Part shown: in pieces, positions 12,607-24,559 of the stretch
Numbering within the stretch: the stretch's first letter is position 1
Layout: each line of letters opens with the position of its first letter
Assembly (NCBI RefSeq): GCF_030684315.1
Contig: NC_081356.1
Coordinates: 29,971,197 to 30,035,196 of the forward strand
DNA: 64,000 nucleotides
From: Stegostoma tigrinum
Lineage: Eukaryota
Reading direction: 5' to 3'
The notes under the pieces: model-generated
Database searches by the model: none
What the model saw: the letters and a program-made list of their open reading frames with translations, nothing else
What the model was told of the DNA's origin: nothing
Position numbers and translations under genes: made by a program

Positions 12607-13109
12607 GAACAACAAACCAGCTCAGCAAACCAACCAACCATAACATCCATCACCCGAGCTACAGATCTACTCAAAAACATTAGAATTCTCAATTTCTATC
12701 ATTTAGGAAGACAGGGACAGCAGGCTTATCAAACATCAGCACTTACAATTTTCACTAACTTAACCTTGAAATGTATTGTTGTTCCTTGATATTACTGGCT
12801 CAGATCCTTAAAAGTCACTTCAGATGGTCTGCAGTACATCCAGAAGGCAGGTCACTGCTACCTTCACAAGTAATTACAGATAGGCATCAACGCTGGCCTT
12901 GCCGGGGAAGTCCACATCCTATGATTTAATAAAAGTGCAATTTTTCTTTGCTATATCAGTCCTTTTTGATGCGGTAATGTCATTTTATTTATAATAGACA
13001 ACATTGTCATATTCACTCATGTTTTTTTTATAAAACAAGTGTGTCTACAGAGCATTCCAAGCTTTAATTTTAATTCCAAGTTTTGTTTCATGCAATTCTA
13101 TTAGTTTTA

Positions 13110-15266
13110 AAACAGTGACGGAAAAGGATAGACCAGACCTAAAAGTTAACGCTCTAAATGGGAGGAAGACCAATTTTTATGGTATTAGGCAATAACATTC
13201 AAAAGTTGGTTGGAAGTAGATGTTCACAACTAAAGGAATAGCTAGAAAATGGAAGCATTCAAAAATGGCATAATGAGAGTCCAGAGACAGTTTGTTCCTG
13301 TTAGGGTGAAAGACAAGGCTGGTCGTGTAGGGAATGCTGGATGACGAGAGAAGTTGAGGTTTTGGTCAAGAAAAAGAAGGAAGTGTATGTCAGGTACAGA
13401 CAGCAGAGATAGAGTGAATCCTTAGAAGAGTCAAAAGGCAGCTGTAGGCGTATACTTAAGAGGGAAATCAGGAGGGCAAAAAGGGGGCGTGAGATAGCTT
13501 TGGCAAATAGGTTTAAGGAGAATTCAAAGGGATTCTACAAATACATTAACGATAAAAGGATAACTAAGGAGAGAATAGGGCCTCTTAAAGATCAGCAAGG
13601 CCACCCATGTGCAGAACCACAGGAAATAGGAGATACTAAACAAGTATTTTTGTTCACTGTTGAAAAAGATATAGAAGATACAAAACAGGGGAAATAAATA
13701 CCAACATTTTGTAAAGTGTCCATGTTACAGATGAGGTGGTGCTGGACATCTTAGAATGCATAAAAGTGGATAAATTCCTGGGACCTGATCAGGTGTACCC
13801 TAGAACTCTATGGGAAGGTAGACAAGTGATTGCTGGGCCCCTCGCTGAGATATTTGTATCATCGATAGTCACAGGCGAGGTGCCAGAAGACTCAAGGTTG
13901 GCTAACATAGTGCTTCTATTTAAGAAATGTGTAAGGAAAAGCTATAGACCAGTGAGCCTGACATCGGTGGTGGGCTAGTTTTTGGAGGAAATCCTGATGG
14001 ACAGTATTTAGAAAGGCAAGGCCTATTTAGGGATAGTCAACATGGCATTGTCTGTGGCAACCTGTGTCTCACTAAATTGATTTGAGTTTTTGGAAGAGGA
14101 ACAAAGAGGGTTGATGAGGGCAGAATAGTGAACATGATCGATATGGACTTCAGTAAGACTTTTGACAAGGTTCCTCATAGTAGACTAGTTAGCAAGGTTA
14201 GATCAGCCTAAATTGAAGGAGAGCTAATTGTTTGGATGCAGAACTGGCTCAAAAGTAGAAGACTGAGGGTGGTGGTGGACGGTTGCTTTACATACTGGAG
14301 GCCTGTGACCAGCGATGTGCCACAAGGATCAGTGCTGGGTCCATTGCTTTTCATCATGTATGCAAATGATTTGGATGTGAACGTAGGAGGTATGGTTAGT
14401 AAGTCTGCAGATCACACCAAAATTGGAGGTGTAGTGGACTGCAAAGAAGGTTACCTCAGAGTACAACAGGATCCTCATCAGATGGGCAATGGGTCGAGGA
14501 GTGGTAAATGAAGTTTAATTTAGATAAGTGTGAGGTGCTGCATTTTGGACAGACAAATCTGGAAGACTTATGGTTAGGTTCCAGGGTGTGTTGCTGTACA
14601 AAGAGACTTTGCAGTGCAGGTTCATAGTTCCTTGAATTTAGAGTCACAGGTGGAAAGGATAGTGACAAAGGCATTTGGTATGCTTTCCTTTATTGGTCAG
14701 TGCATTGAGTACAGCAGTTGGGAGGTCACATTGCGGCTGTATGGGGCATTGGTTAGGCCACTTTTGGAATACTGTGTGCAATTCTGGTCTCCCTGCTATA
14801 GGAAGGAAGTTGTGAAACTTGAAAGTGTTCGGAAAAGATCACAAGAATGTTACCAGGGTTGGAGAGTTCGAGCTATAGGGAGAGGCTGAATAGACTGGAC
14901 TATTTTCCCTGGTGTGTTGGAGGCTGAGGGGTGACCATATAGAGGTTTATATAATCCTGACGGCGTGGAGAGGGTAAATAGACAAGGTCTTTTCCCTAGG
15001 GTGGGGGGAACTAAGGTGCATAGGTTTACAGTGAGAAAGGAAAGATTTAAGAGGAACCTGAGGAGCAACTTGTTCACACAGAGGGTGGTATGTGTATAGA
15101 ATGAGCTGCAAGAAGAATTGGTGGAGGCTGGTACAACTAGAAAGTCTTCTGTGGGATATGTGCCAAATGCTGGCAAATTAGACTAGATTTATGTAGGATA
15201 TCTGGTCACCATTGATGAGTTGGACCAAAGGGTCTGTTTCCGTGCTGTATATGTCTATGACTCTAT
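13110..15266 (+). mobile_element. CR1 LINE ORF2 (RT) fragment, decayed, with 3' UTR
   Basis: ORF pieces KGFYKYI, GPDQVYPRTL, YRPVSLTS, VPQGSVLGPLLF, LVRPLLEYCVQFWSP; tail gtttccgtgctgtatatgtctatgactctat. Confidence 0.9.
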
Positions 15267-15744
15267 AAATCAAAATACGGCAGATGTACGAAATCAACCA
15301 GAAACAAAAAAAAATTGGAGTCACTCAGCACTGCTGGTACAGTATCCATGGAAAATAAGTGGAGGAACCATTTCAGCTACATCAACTTTCAATAGAAAAA
15401 TGAAAATGTTTGCTCTGACAAAATCAATGTACCCGAAATGTTCGCCATGCTACTTTGCAAGCGTGACATACCATCAGCATTATTAGCATTTTTGTATTTA
15501 TTTCACATGTTTTATAGTGCTCATCCACGCAGTCTGGGAATACATTATTCAGTAAGAAAGACTGAAAGCATGTAGCAGGTCCAGACTGGTCTATGACCAA
15601 ATAAATTTTTATTGTTTTAGGGCTGTAATCTTTCAGAATGTGAAGCGGTTAGGTCAAGAAGGACTTGTGACAGTGGAAAGGTTTCAGCAGGCATGTTGTC
15701 AAATCAGAGAAATTCACAAAAAATCTGGTTTGACAGGCATAATC

Positions 15745-15906
15745 TTGCATCTTTATAGCCCTGCCTGACCTTCCAGAATCCTCAAGTGCTTTCAGCCAAA
15801 GTGGTACCTTTGAAGTGTAGACTTACCTATTATCATAAATGAAATGAAGTGGCTGATTTGCACATAATAAACTCACACAAGCAGATGTGATAATGGCCAG
15901 ATAATT
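15745..15906 (-). mobile_element. DeuSINE-like SINE, left part (right part at about 20266-20410, split by a CR1 insertion)
   Basis: tttgaagtgtag...ttgcacata...gtgataatggccagataat continues as gttgagggataaatattggc..gacaccagggagaact after the CR1. Confidence 0.55.
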
Positions 15907-15932
15907 TATCCTTTATAATTTGTAATTATCCT

Positions 15933-18900
15933 TTCAGTTCTTTCACTGGCGAGTGTCTGGGAGAAAGTGTGAGGGCAGCCTGGGAAGGTAAGCTTCCACT
16001 CAATAAATTTGGGAGTTAACTAATACCCAAGACACCACATGCATAGTGTCTCCCACCGTTCCATCTCCTCTAACCTAATAATAACGACTAAGTGTGGTCA
16101 GCAGGTAAGCTATTTGCATTTTTTTTCCTCATCTCTTTGTTATCTTTCGGGATGGTCACCTCGATGCCAAATCCCCTCAGAGTGGGTCGGAAGGCAAAGC
16201 CAGAGTCAGTCTGAGTACATAACGGAGTAAACTTACTGGTGCAGAGAACACTGCAAAACTAAAAAACATTAATTAATTTTAAATAATTAACTAAGTTGAG
16301 ATGGCAGGCCAGGTGATGTGTTGTAGCTGTATGATGTGGGAGCTAGCTGATCCCATTGAGAACAACAGGGACCACATCTGAAGCAAGTGTTCGCTGCTTG
16401 AGGAGCTCCAGCTCAAAACTGATGAGTTGGAATGCGAACTCCAAACACTGGCACATCTGGGAGAGGGATAAGTACTGGATGCTATGTTCCAGGAGTCAGC
16501 CACTCCTGGTAGATTAACTAATGTTAATTCGATTGGTGGGCAGAGACAGCAGTGTGTGACGGCCAGTGGGACCCTGCAGACAGGAACATAGGAGCCACAG
16601 CCCTTGAAATTGTCCCACAAGTATGAGGCACTTGCTCCCTGCATGGATGAGGAACAGGGCTGCAGGAAGGATGAGTCAACTGACCATGGCACCATGGTCA
16701 CGGAGGCCATTCAAGAGAGGGGAGCAAAAAGCAGATTGTAGTTGTAGGGGATTCCATCATCAGGGGATAGACAGTATCCTTTGCAAGCAGGATAGAGAAT
16801 TCCACATGGTGTGTTGCCTGCCCAGTGTCAGGGTGCGAGACATCTCTGACCAGCTTGAGAGGATACTAGAGAGGGAGGGGGGGGGGACCCAGTTGTTGTG
16901 CTCCACCAAGGTACCAACAACATTGGCAGGACGTGGAAAAAGGACCTGTCTTGGGATTATGAAAAGCTAGGAACAAAATTAAAAAACAGATCTTCAACGG
17001 TCATAATCTCTGGATTGCTGCCTGAGCTACGTGCAAATTGGCATAGGGAAGCGAGGATCAGGGATTTAATCACGTGGCTAAAAGAGTGGCATGGGAAAGA
17101 GAGTTTCCTTTTCATGGGGTACTGGCATCAGTTCTGGGACAGGAGGGATCTATACTGCTGGGATGGACTCCACCTGAACAGGGCCGGGTCCAGTGTTCTG
17201 GTGAAAAGGGTAAATAGGGTGGTCAATAGAACTTTAAATTGGTAAGTAGGGGAGGAGGGAGAAGTGAGTGTAGAGGGAAAATAACAATTAATGTAAGGCA
17301 AAGCAGCAGGTTAGCAGGTGACGAGGAAGCTTAAACTCCATTGCAAATTAGGAAAAAAGTTAAAGGGAAGGAGAATTCAAGAGCTGTTAGTAATGGAGGT
17401 AATAGGACCCAAAAAGAACGTGCAAAAACTGGTGTAAGGGCACTTTATCTGAATGCTCGGAGCATTCAAAACAAGGTGGATGAGTTGACGGTGTAAATCA
17501 TGGCAAATGGGTATGATTTAGTGGCCATTACAGAGACATGGTTACAGGATGGTCATGACTGGGAGTTAAATATCCAGGGGTATCAAACTGTTCAGAAGGA
17601 CAGACAGGAAGGTGAGGGAGGTCGTGTTGCTCTGATTTTTAAGGATGATATCAGGGCAGTAGTGAGAGATGATATAGGTTCTACTGAACAAAATGTTGAA
17701 TCCATTTGGATAGAAATTAGGAATAGCAAGGACACGATGTCACTCAGGTGAAGTCTACAGGCCACCAAATGATAACATCATGGTGGGACGGACAATAAAC
17801 ATAGAAATAGCTAATGCATGTAAAAATGGTACAGCAATTATCATGGGGGATTTTAATCTACATATCGATTGGTCAAACCAGGTCAGTCATGGCAGCCACA
17901 ATAATTTCCTTGAACAATATGTAATGGAACCTATGAGGGAGCAAGCTATCCTAAATCTAGTTCTGTGTAATGAGACACGAATAATCAATGATCTCAGTGT
18001 TAGGGATCCTCTCAGAAGGAGCGATCACAGTATGGTTGAATTTAAAATACAGATGGAGCGTGAGAAGGTTAAATCCAGTACCTATGTCCTGTGCTTAAAC
18101 AACGGAGACTATGAAGAAATGAGGGAGGATTTAATTAAGATAGAATGGGCGCAAAAAAATTTAAGGTGGGTCAATTGAGGAACAGTGGAGGACTTTCAAA
18201 ACGATTTTTCACAGTGGTCAGCAGAAGTACATTCCAGTGATAAGGAAGAACTGTAAGAAAAGAGAGAGCCAGCCATGGATGTCTAAGGAAATAAAGGAAA
18301 GTATCAGATTGTAAAAAAACACATACAAAAAAAGCAAAGAGTAATGGGAAACTGATAGTTTGGGAAATCTTTAAAGGCCAACAGAAAGCCACAAAAAAGT
18401 TATAAAGAAATGTAAGATAAATTATGAGAGTAAACTCGCTCAGAACATAAAACATACAGCAAAGTTTCTAGAAATATGTAAATCGTAAAAGAGGGCGAAG
18501 GTAAACATTGGTCCTTTAGAGGATGAGAAGGTCAATTTAATGACTGGGAAAGAGGAAATAGCTGAGACATTAAACAGTTATTTTGTGTTGGTCTTCACAG
18601 TGGAAGACACAAATAACATGCCGAAAACTAATGGCAAGAAGGTTATAGCAGGTGAGGACCTAGAAATTGTCATTATCACTAAGGAGGCAGGGCTGGGCAA
18701 GCTAATGGGACTAAAGGTAGACAAGTGTCCTGTCCCTGATGAAATGCATCCCAGGGTACTAAAAGAGGTGATGGGGGAAATAGCAAATGTGCTAGTAACA
18801 TTTTACCAAAATTCACTGGACTCTGGGGTGGTTCCTGCAGATTGGAAAACAGCCAATGTGACATCACTCTTTAAAAAAGGAAATAGACAAAAAGCAGGTA

Positions 18901-20263
18901 ACTAGAGGCCAGTTAGCTTAACTTCGATAATGGGGAAAATGCTTGAATCTATCATTAAGGAAGCAATAGCAAGGCATCTGGATATAAATTGTCCCATTGG
19001 GAACCAGCATGGGTTCATGAAGGGTAGGTCATGTTTAACTAATTTGGTGGAATTCCTTGAGGACACTACTTGCATGGTGGACAATGGGGAACCTGTGGAT
19101 GTGGTGTATCTGGATTTCCAGAAGGTATTTGACAAGGTGCCACACCAAAGGCTGCTACATAAGATAAAGTTACACCGTATTACAGGTAAGGTATTGGCAT
19201 GGATAGAGGATTGGTTGACCAGTAGAAAGCAAAGAGTAGGGGTAAATGGGTGTTATTCTGGTTGGCGGTCAGTGACTAGTGGTGTGTCTCGGGGATCAGT
19301 GTTGGATTACAATTTACATAGATGACTTGGAGATGGGAACTAAGTGTGGTGTGTCAAAATTTGCCGATGACACTAAGATGAGCAGTAATGCAAAGTGTGC
19401 AGAAGACACTGAAAGTCTGCAGAGGGATATAGATGGTCTGAGTGAGTGGGTAAAGGTCTGGCAGATGGAGTACAATGTTGATAAGTGTGAGGTCATCCAT
19501 TTTGCTAGGAATAACAGCAAAATGGACTATGTTTTAAATGGTACAAAAATTGCAGCACGCTGCTGTGCAGAGGGACTTGGGTGTCCTTGTGCCTGAATCA
19601 CTAAAAGTAGGATTGCAGGTGCAGCAGGTAATTAAAAAGGCAAATGGAATTTTGTCTGCCATTGCTCAAGGGATGGAGTTTAAAAACAGGGAAGCTATGC
19701 TGCACCTGTATAGGGTCCTGGTGAGGCCGCACCTGGAGTACCGTGTGCAGTTTTGGTCTCCTTACTTGAGAAGAGATATACTAGCATTGGAGGGGATGCA
19801 GAGGAGATTCACTTGGTTGATTCCAGAGTTGAGACCGTTGGATTATGGGGAGAGACTGAGTACGCTGGGATTACACTCATTGGAATTCAGAAGAATGAGG
19901 GGAGATCTTATAGAAACATATAAGATTATGAATAGATTAAGTGGAGGCAGGGTGGTTGTTTGTGCTAGCAGGTGAAACTAGGACTAGAGGGCATCACCTC
20001 GAAATAAAGGGAAGCAGATGTAGGACTGAGGTCAGGAGGAACTTCTTCACCAAAAGTGTTGTGAATCTGTGGAATTCCCCACCCAGTGAAGCCACCACGC
20101 TGAATGTTTTTAAGGCAAGGCCAGATAAATTTTTGAACAGTAAAGGAATTAAGGGTTATGACTGGGAGGGTAAGTGGAGTTGAGTCTCAAAAAGATCAGC
20201 CATGATCTTATTAAATGGCAGGACAGGATCGTGGGGCTAGATGGCCTACTCCTGGTTCTTATG
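15933..20263 (+). mobile_element. Near full-length CR1 LINE (ORF1 zinc finger + SGNH esterase; ORF2 APE endonuclease + RT), inactivated by stops and frameshifts
   Basis: ORF1 MAGQVMCCSCMMWE (16301), VVGDSII, HQGTNNIG, WDGLHLNRAG; ORF2 YLNARSI, VAITETWL, IIMGDFN, SDH, QHGFMKGRSCLTNL, YLDFQKVFDKVPH, KFADD; 3' UTR gatcagccatgatc...ggcctactcctg. Confidence 0.93.
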
Positions 20264-20479
20264 TAAGTTGAGGGATAAATATTGGCTGGACACCAGGGAG
20301 AACTACTTTGTTTATCTTCAAGATCCTGAAATGAGGTGGTTTGGAGTGTGGGTCCAGCCTTGGTTTACATCTATGGTGCTTGTGGTAGTTCCGCATTCCT
20401 ACAGTCCTGCTGTTTAAATCAGAAACACATAGGTGTACTACAACCCAGGGGGGGAAAGTTTAAAACATAAATAAAAACA

Positions 20480-20685
20480 TAAACAACTGTGGAGTCAGAA
20501 GCAAACAAAACACCAGAAATTGTTGCAGACTGTGTAAGTCTGTGGAGAAATCAGAGTTGATGTTTTTGGCCCTGTTAGCTACTACCAGCTCTGAGGATCA
20601 CGAGGTCTGAAACGTTAACTCTTGATTTCTCTCCATAGATGCTGCCAGACATGGTGAGCTTCTCCAGCAATTTGTTTTTGTTTAG
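20480..20685. repeat. Decayed palindromic PLE-pLTR module
   Basis: Inverted arms aaacaaaa..gaaattgttg...tctgtggagaaatcagagtt / aactcttgatttctctccatagatgctg...cagcaatttgtttttgttt; remnant ctgag...gaaacgttaactc. Confidence 0.65.
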
Positions 20686-20904
20686 AAATAAATACTTGGA
20701 AGCAAACAGATTCGTCAAACTGGTGTTTAATTTGAATTAAAGAAGTCGAGGTAGATTGGTGTGTCTCATTCATAAGTCACTGTATACTGCTTTTTCTCTC
20801 TCAAAAATACTGCAGGGAGGCTGCGTTGGATCGAATTGAGCAGCTCAGCTCAAGCAAAAGCAAAGGCTGTGTGTGCTGAATCACGACCACCTGGAGGCGC
20901 ATTA

Positions 20905-20924
20905 TGAATTTTCGAGAATGTTCT
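20905..20924 (+). promoter_or_regulatory. DNAJA1: Heat-shock element (four perfect alternating nGAAn units)
   Basis: tGAAt tTTCg aGAAt gTTCt upstream of an Hsp40 gene. Confidence 0.85.
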
Positions 20925-20999
20925 GTCATTCTCAGTAACGTATTGTGCTTCTCCTGCAATCAGGGTATCGTAGGTAGGTAATTAACCTTGCTTAGGAAT

Positions 21000-21159
21000 C
21001 CCAGCCAGGCTCCTGCGCATGCTTACTAGCAAGCCCGCCGTACCGCACTTCCGGTGGGTTACGTCAGCAGTCGGTCGCGCAGGACCCGGATGAGCCGGCA
21101 AGCGCAGAAATTTCTAGAAGCGTCCCGGCGTTACTAGAGCTTCGTTCTGAGCCGCATCG
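21000..21159 (+). promoter_or_regulatory. DNAJA1: DNAJA1 CpG promoter and non-coding exon 1 (donor GTAAGT at 21160)
   Basis: NRF1-like TGCGCATGC 21014-21022, ETS ACTTCCGG 21047-21054, CRE-like TTACGTCA 21059-21066, HSE aGAAa tTTCt aGAAg 21106-21120, CG|GTAAGT donor. Confidence 0.8.
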
Positions 21160-21879
21160 GTAAGTCACTGCTTTTGAGCTCCCCCGACAGATTGTGATAA
21201 TACGTTTTCATTCGTCAAGTTTCGACGGTGAATTAGATTTTTATCACCGATTTTTAACGGGATGATCGACGGATTTTTAAAAATACAGTTTTCATCGTTG
21301 CAATTCTACTTATATTTTTATCCATTTTTTGGGGGGGGGGGATGGGCGCTTTAGCAGAATTGATTCTAAGAAATTGCAGCTTGTAATAAAAATTAATATT
21401 TTTTCCTTCAATATTAATATGTTCGGGGACAATAGCCGCTTTGCGGTTTTTAACGTTTACGCGTCGTCGGCTCTTAAATATAACTATTAAATCCCAGATT
21501 GGCTTTATTCGTATCCGTTTTTCCTTCGGGGAAATAGGCTGTTGGATTTGAGCTATCCTTTCTATCTCTTTAGGGTTTTCATTTTAATTATGAATAGTTC
21601 CTGTTCCATTAATTAAAACACGAGGGCGTGGATCTTGTTCTCTCTTCCGTGCCGTCATCCGACAACGTCACTTCCGCAGAGATACCCACATGACTAATCC
21701 AGTCCCCACGTGCATCCTGGATTTTTTTTTCTGTTTCCATGTTTGTAGTCACTATTTCCACTTCCATTTCCATTTCCAAAAAAATTCCCACCTTTTTTAT
21801 ATATTTGAATTCGTTGGAAATCCCCATTGGCTTTCGGGAGAATTGCCTGGGACCAGACAGTTGTCCTGTGGCTGGACTT

Positions 21880-22230
21880 TGAATGGAATGAGTCTATACT
21901 GGGACTTTAGAAAAACTAGATGTGATTTCATTGACAGGGTAGATGCTGAGAGGATATTTCTGCTGGTGTTGAACTTAAGACTAGGAATGAGTCTCAATAC
22001 AGGGTTGGCTCTTTATAGCTGAGATGAGGAAACTTTTTTTGTTTTTCATTCAATCCTCAGTGCTCTATCCACAGGGAGCTATAACAGCTTTAAGTATATT
22101 CAAAGCCAGTCAGTAGATAATTGGGTATTAAGACATGAGGTAGGAAAATGACATTGAGTTTGGAGATCAACTTGTCAAATGATGGAGCATTCATTTATAA
22201 TGAGTTTGACTTCTATTTTTGTTCTTTTCA
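21880..22230 (+). mobile_element. CR1 LINE 3' fragment, decayed
   Basis: gacagggtagatgctgagaggatatttc...gagatgaggaaac. Confidence 0.55.
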
Positions 22231-22329
22231 AGAGTTGGTGCAAGTACTATATGACAGATCACTACATAGGATATAGAGTTGTTCATGAAAATTGAATACT
22301 GAATATGTATGGGGAATGTGGAACATTTC

Positions 22330-23480
22330 TTATTCCAGACATACTTGGGTGCCTCCCTAAACTACCTTTCTCTGGTATGTTGATTAACATCATTGGCACC
22401 ACTTATCCCTCTTGTCTGGAAGTGGAAAAGAATTGAACCTTGCTTCCAGTTTCCACCCTTATCTGTCACCTGGTCCAGTATATGACTGCTTCTTTCCTTG
22501 ATGTCTCTTTCCATTTCTGGGGATTGGTTGGCCTCTGAAATCTACTACAAGCCCACTAACTCCCATAACTACCTTGTCTATACATCCTTGCACTCTACTT
22601 TCTGCAAGTATTCCATTCTGCTATCCCCCACCCCAGCCTTGGTCTTTATTTTCCACCCTATCTGCCTCTGCATCCAAGAGATCATAAGTTGCCATTTCTA
22701 CTACCTAGAGTGGGATGTTACCATCAGACACATTCCTGTCAGCATTCTGCAGGGACCGTTTCCTCTGGATCATCCTGGACCTCCATAGAGTGTCTACCCA
22801 TTACCACCTTCTTCCTCCTCAGTATCCAAGGCCTAAGACCTTGTTAGGTGAAGCTGTGTTTTGCCTGCATTTCCATCTAGTGTACCATATTTGCAGCAGA
22901 GTGCACTCTCCTTTACATTGGGAAGGCAGAATACAGGCTGGGTGACCCCCTATATGGGACACCTACATTTTATCTGTAAAAATGCTCCTGACCTTCCAGT
23001 TGCCTGCCACATAAGCACACTGAAGTTTTCCCCATGCCGGTGTTTGTCTCCGGCCTACTTCTCCAGTAAGGCTCAATACCATTAAGTTGGAAGAACAATA
23101 CCACATCTCCTGTTCGGGGAGCTTGCAGCATTCAAAGTCTAGAGTTTAACAAAGTTAGAGCATAACCAATGAACCAGATTCTGTCATGAAATGGTTTGCT
23201 TTCAGCTATTCATAGTCCCCTTTATCACCAAGCAATGTCTCTTCCCTAGCTTGCTAGCAACAGTCCCCTCCTGTGTATACTTTCCAAGCTCCTCCTCCTC
23301 CTACACAACGTCCCATCACCCCCACCCCTCCAGAAAAAAGTCATCATAAACCGTTTTGTACTAACTGCTATCAGTTCTGAAGGGAGGCCACTGGACTCAA
23401 TATCGACACTTTTTTTTTGGTCTTCATGTGCTGCTAGACCTGCTGAGTTTCTCAGTAGGTTCTGTGTTTTTGTTTTCAAG
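22330..23480 (+). mobile_element. Penelope-like element fragment (RT C-terminus, GIY-YIG remnant, pLTR), decayed
   Basis: IYYKPTNSHNYL, FLSAFCRDRFL, PDLPVACH remnants; ends in ttctgaaggg...tgctgctagacctgctgagttt pLTR. Confidence 0.75.
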
Positions 23481-23593
23481 TTCTATGTAGAACAATAGTT
23501 TCCAGATCAATAAGTATGGTCTTTCATTCAAAATCAACTGAACTAAAATATAAACTCTTCTGATTACCAGCATGTTAACATCATATTTGTTTG

Positions 23594-23790
23594 GAGATAG
23601 TAAGAACTCCCGATGCTGGAGTCAGATGTGTGGAGCTGGAGAAATACAACAGGCCAGGCAGCATCAGAGGAGCAGGAAAGTTGACGTATTGGGTCAGGAC
23701 CCTTCTTAATTTCTGAGGAAGGGTCCTGACCTGAAATGTCAACTTGCCTGCAGCCTGGCCAGCTGTGTTCCTCCAGCTCAACACTGTATC
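23594..23790. repeat. Palindromic PLE-pLTR module (back-to-back hammerhead motifs)
   Basis: Arms gagctggagaaatacaacaggccagg...gttgacgtattgggtcaggacccttc / gaagggtcctgacctgaaatgtcaac...cctggcc.gctgtgttcctccagctc; core CTGAGGA-A-GGGTC-CT-GACCT-GAAAT-GTC at 23713-23740. Confidence 0.8.
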
Positions 23791-24559
23791 TCACATTTGG
23801 TCAGATGTTTTGGCCACACTTCTTGAGGGAAGTGTGAGCATATTAAATCAGTGTTTGTATTCATGCCTAAAGCTGCTAATTAATGAAGACATATGAGTAA
23901 TTACAGTTCAAGATGATGCATTCAGTTAACTGGAAAGAAGTTTTCCACCTGAAAGGACAATTACAGTAGAATCAATAGTAGTTTGCAGTTGGGATTTGGG
24001 TATATAATTGGTGAGAGGATTCAGTTTGCAGGAATTTGAGGAAAGTGCAAGACCCAGTACAAGCACTTGATGAATATTGCCTTCCTAGGAGGATAGGAAT
24101 GAGAATAGGTCATCCACCTCTTGGAACCTGTTCCACTATCCAGTTAATGTCACCTCACTCAGTTGCATAACTTTTAATACCTTTGTCTGCTGTATGATTG
24201 AGAAAAGTTATTATGGGTTGTCCTTGCATCTGTCTTTATTATGCGTCAGGTTTATCAGCGGAGCAGGAATTGTTCTGCCTTTCAAGAGTTAGAACAGTTG
24301 GAACTTTTGAAGAGAGTCTGTGGGAGATGTGGGGCATGCCTCTGTCAGAAGGTCAAGTATTTGATCTTGCCCTCCAGAAATTAAGTATACCAAAATAGTA
24401 ACAGTGTGATTGTTAAGGAGATTATAGCATTTCCTATGATTGTGTTAAGTATTAGTTGAAGAAGGAAGTTCTACTCCTACTCACTGCATAGTAGGTAGGG
24501 GTTGTATTACGTCAGGTGCTACAGTTCTAGTTTGTAAAGAGTCTGAATTGTGTTTTAGC

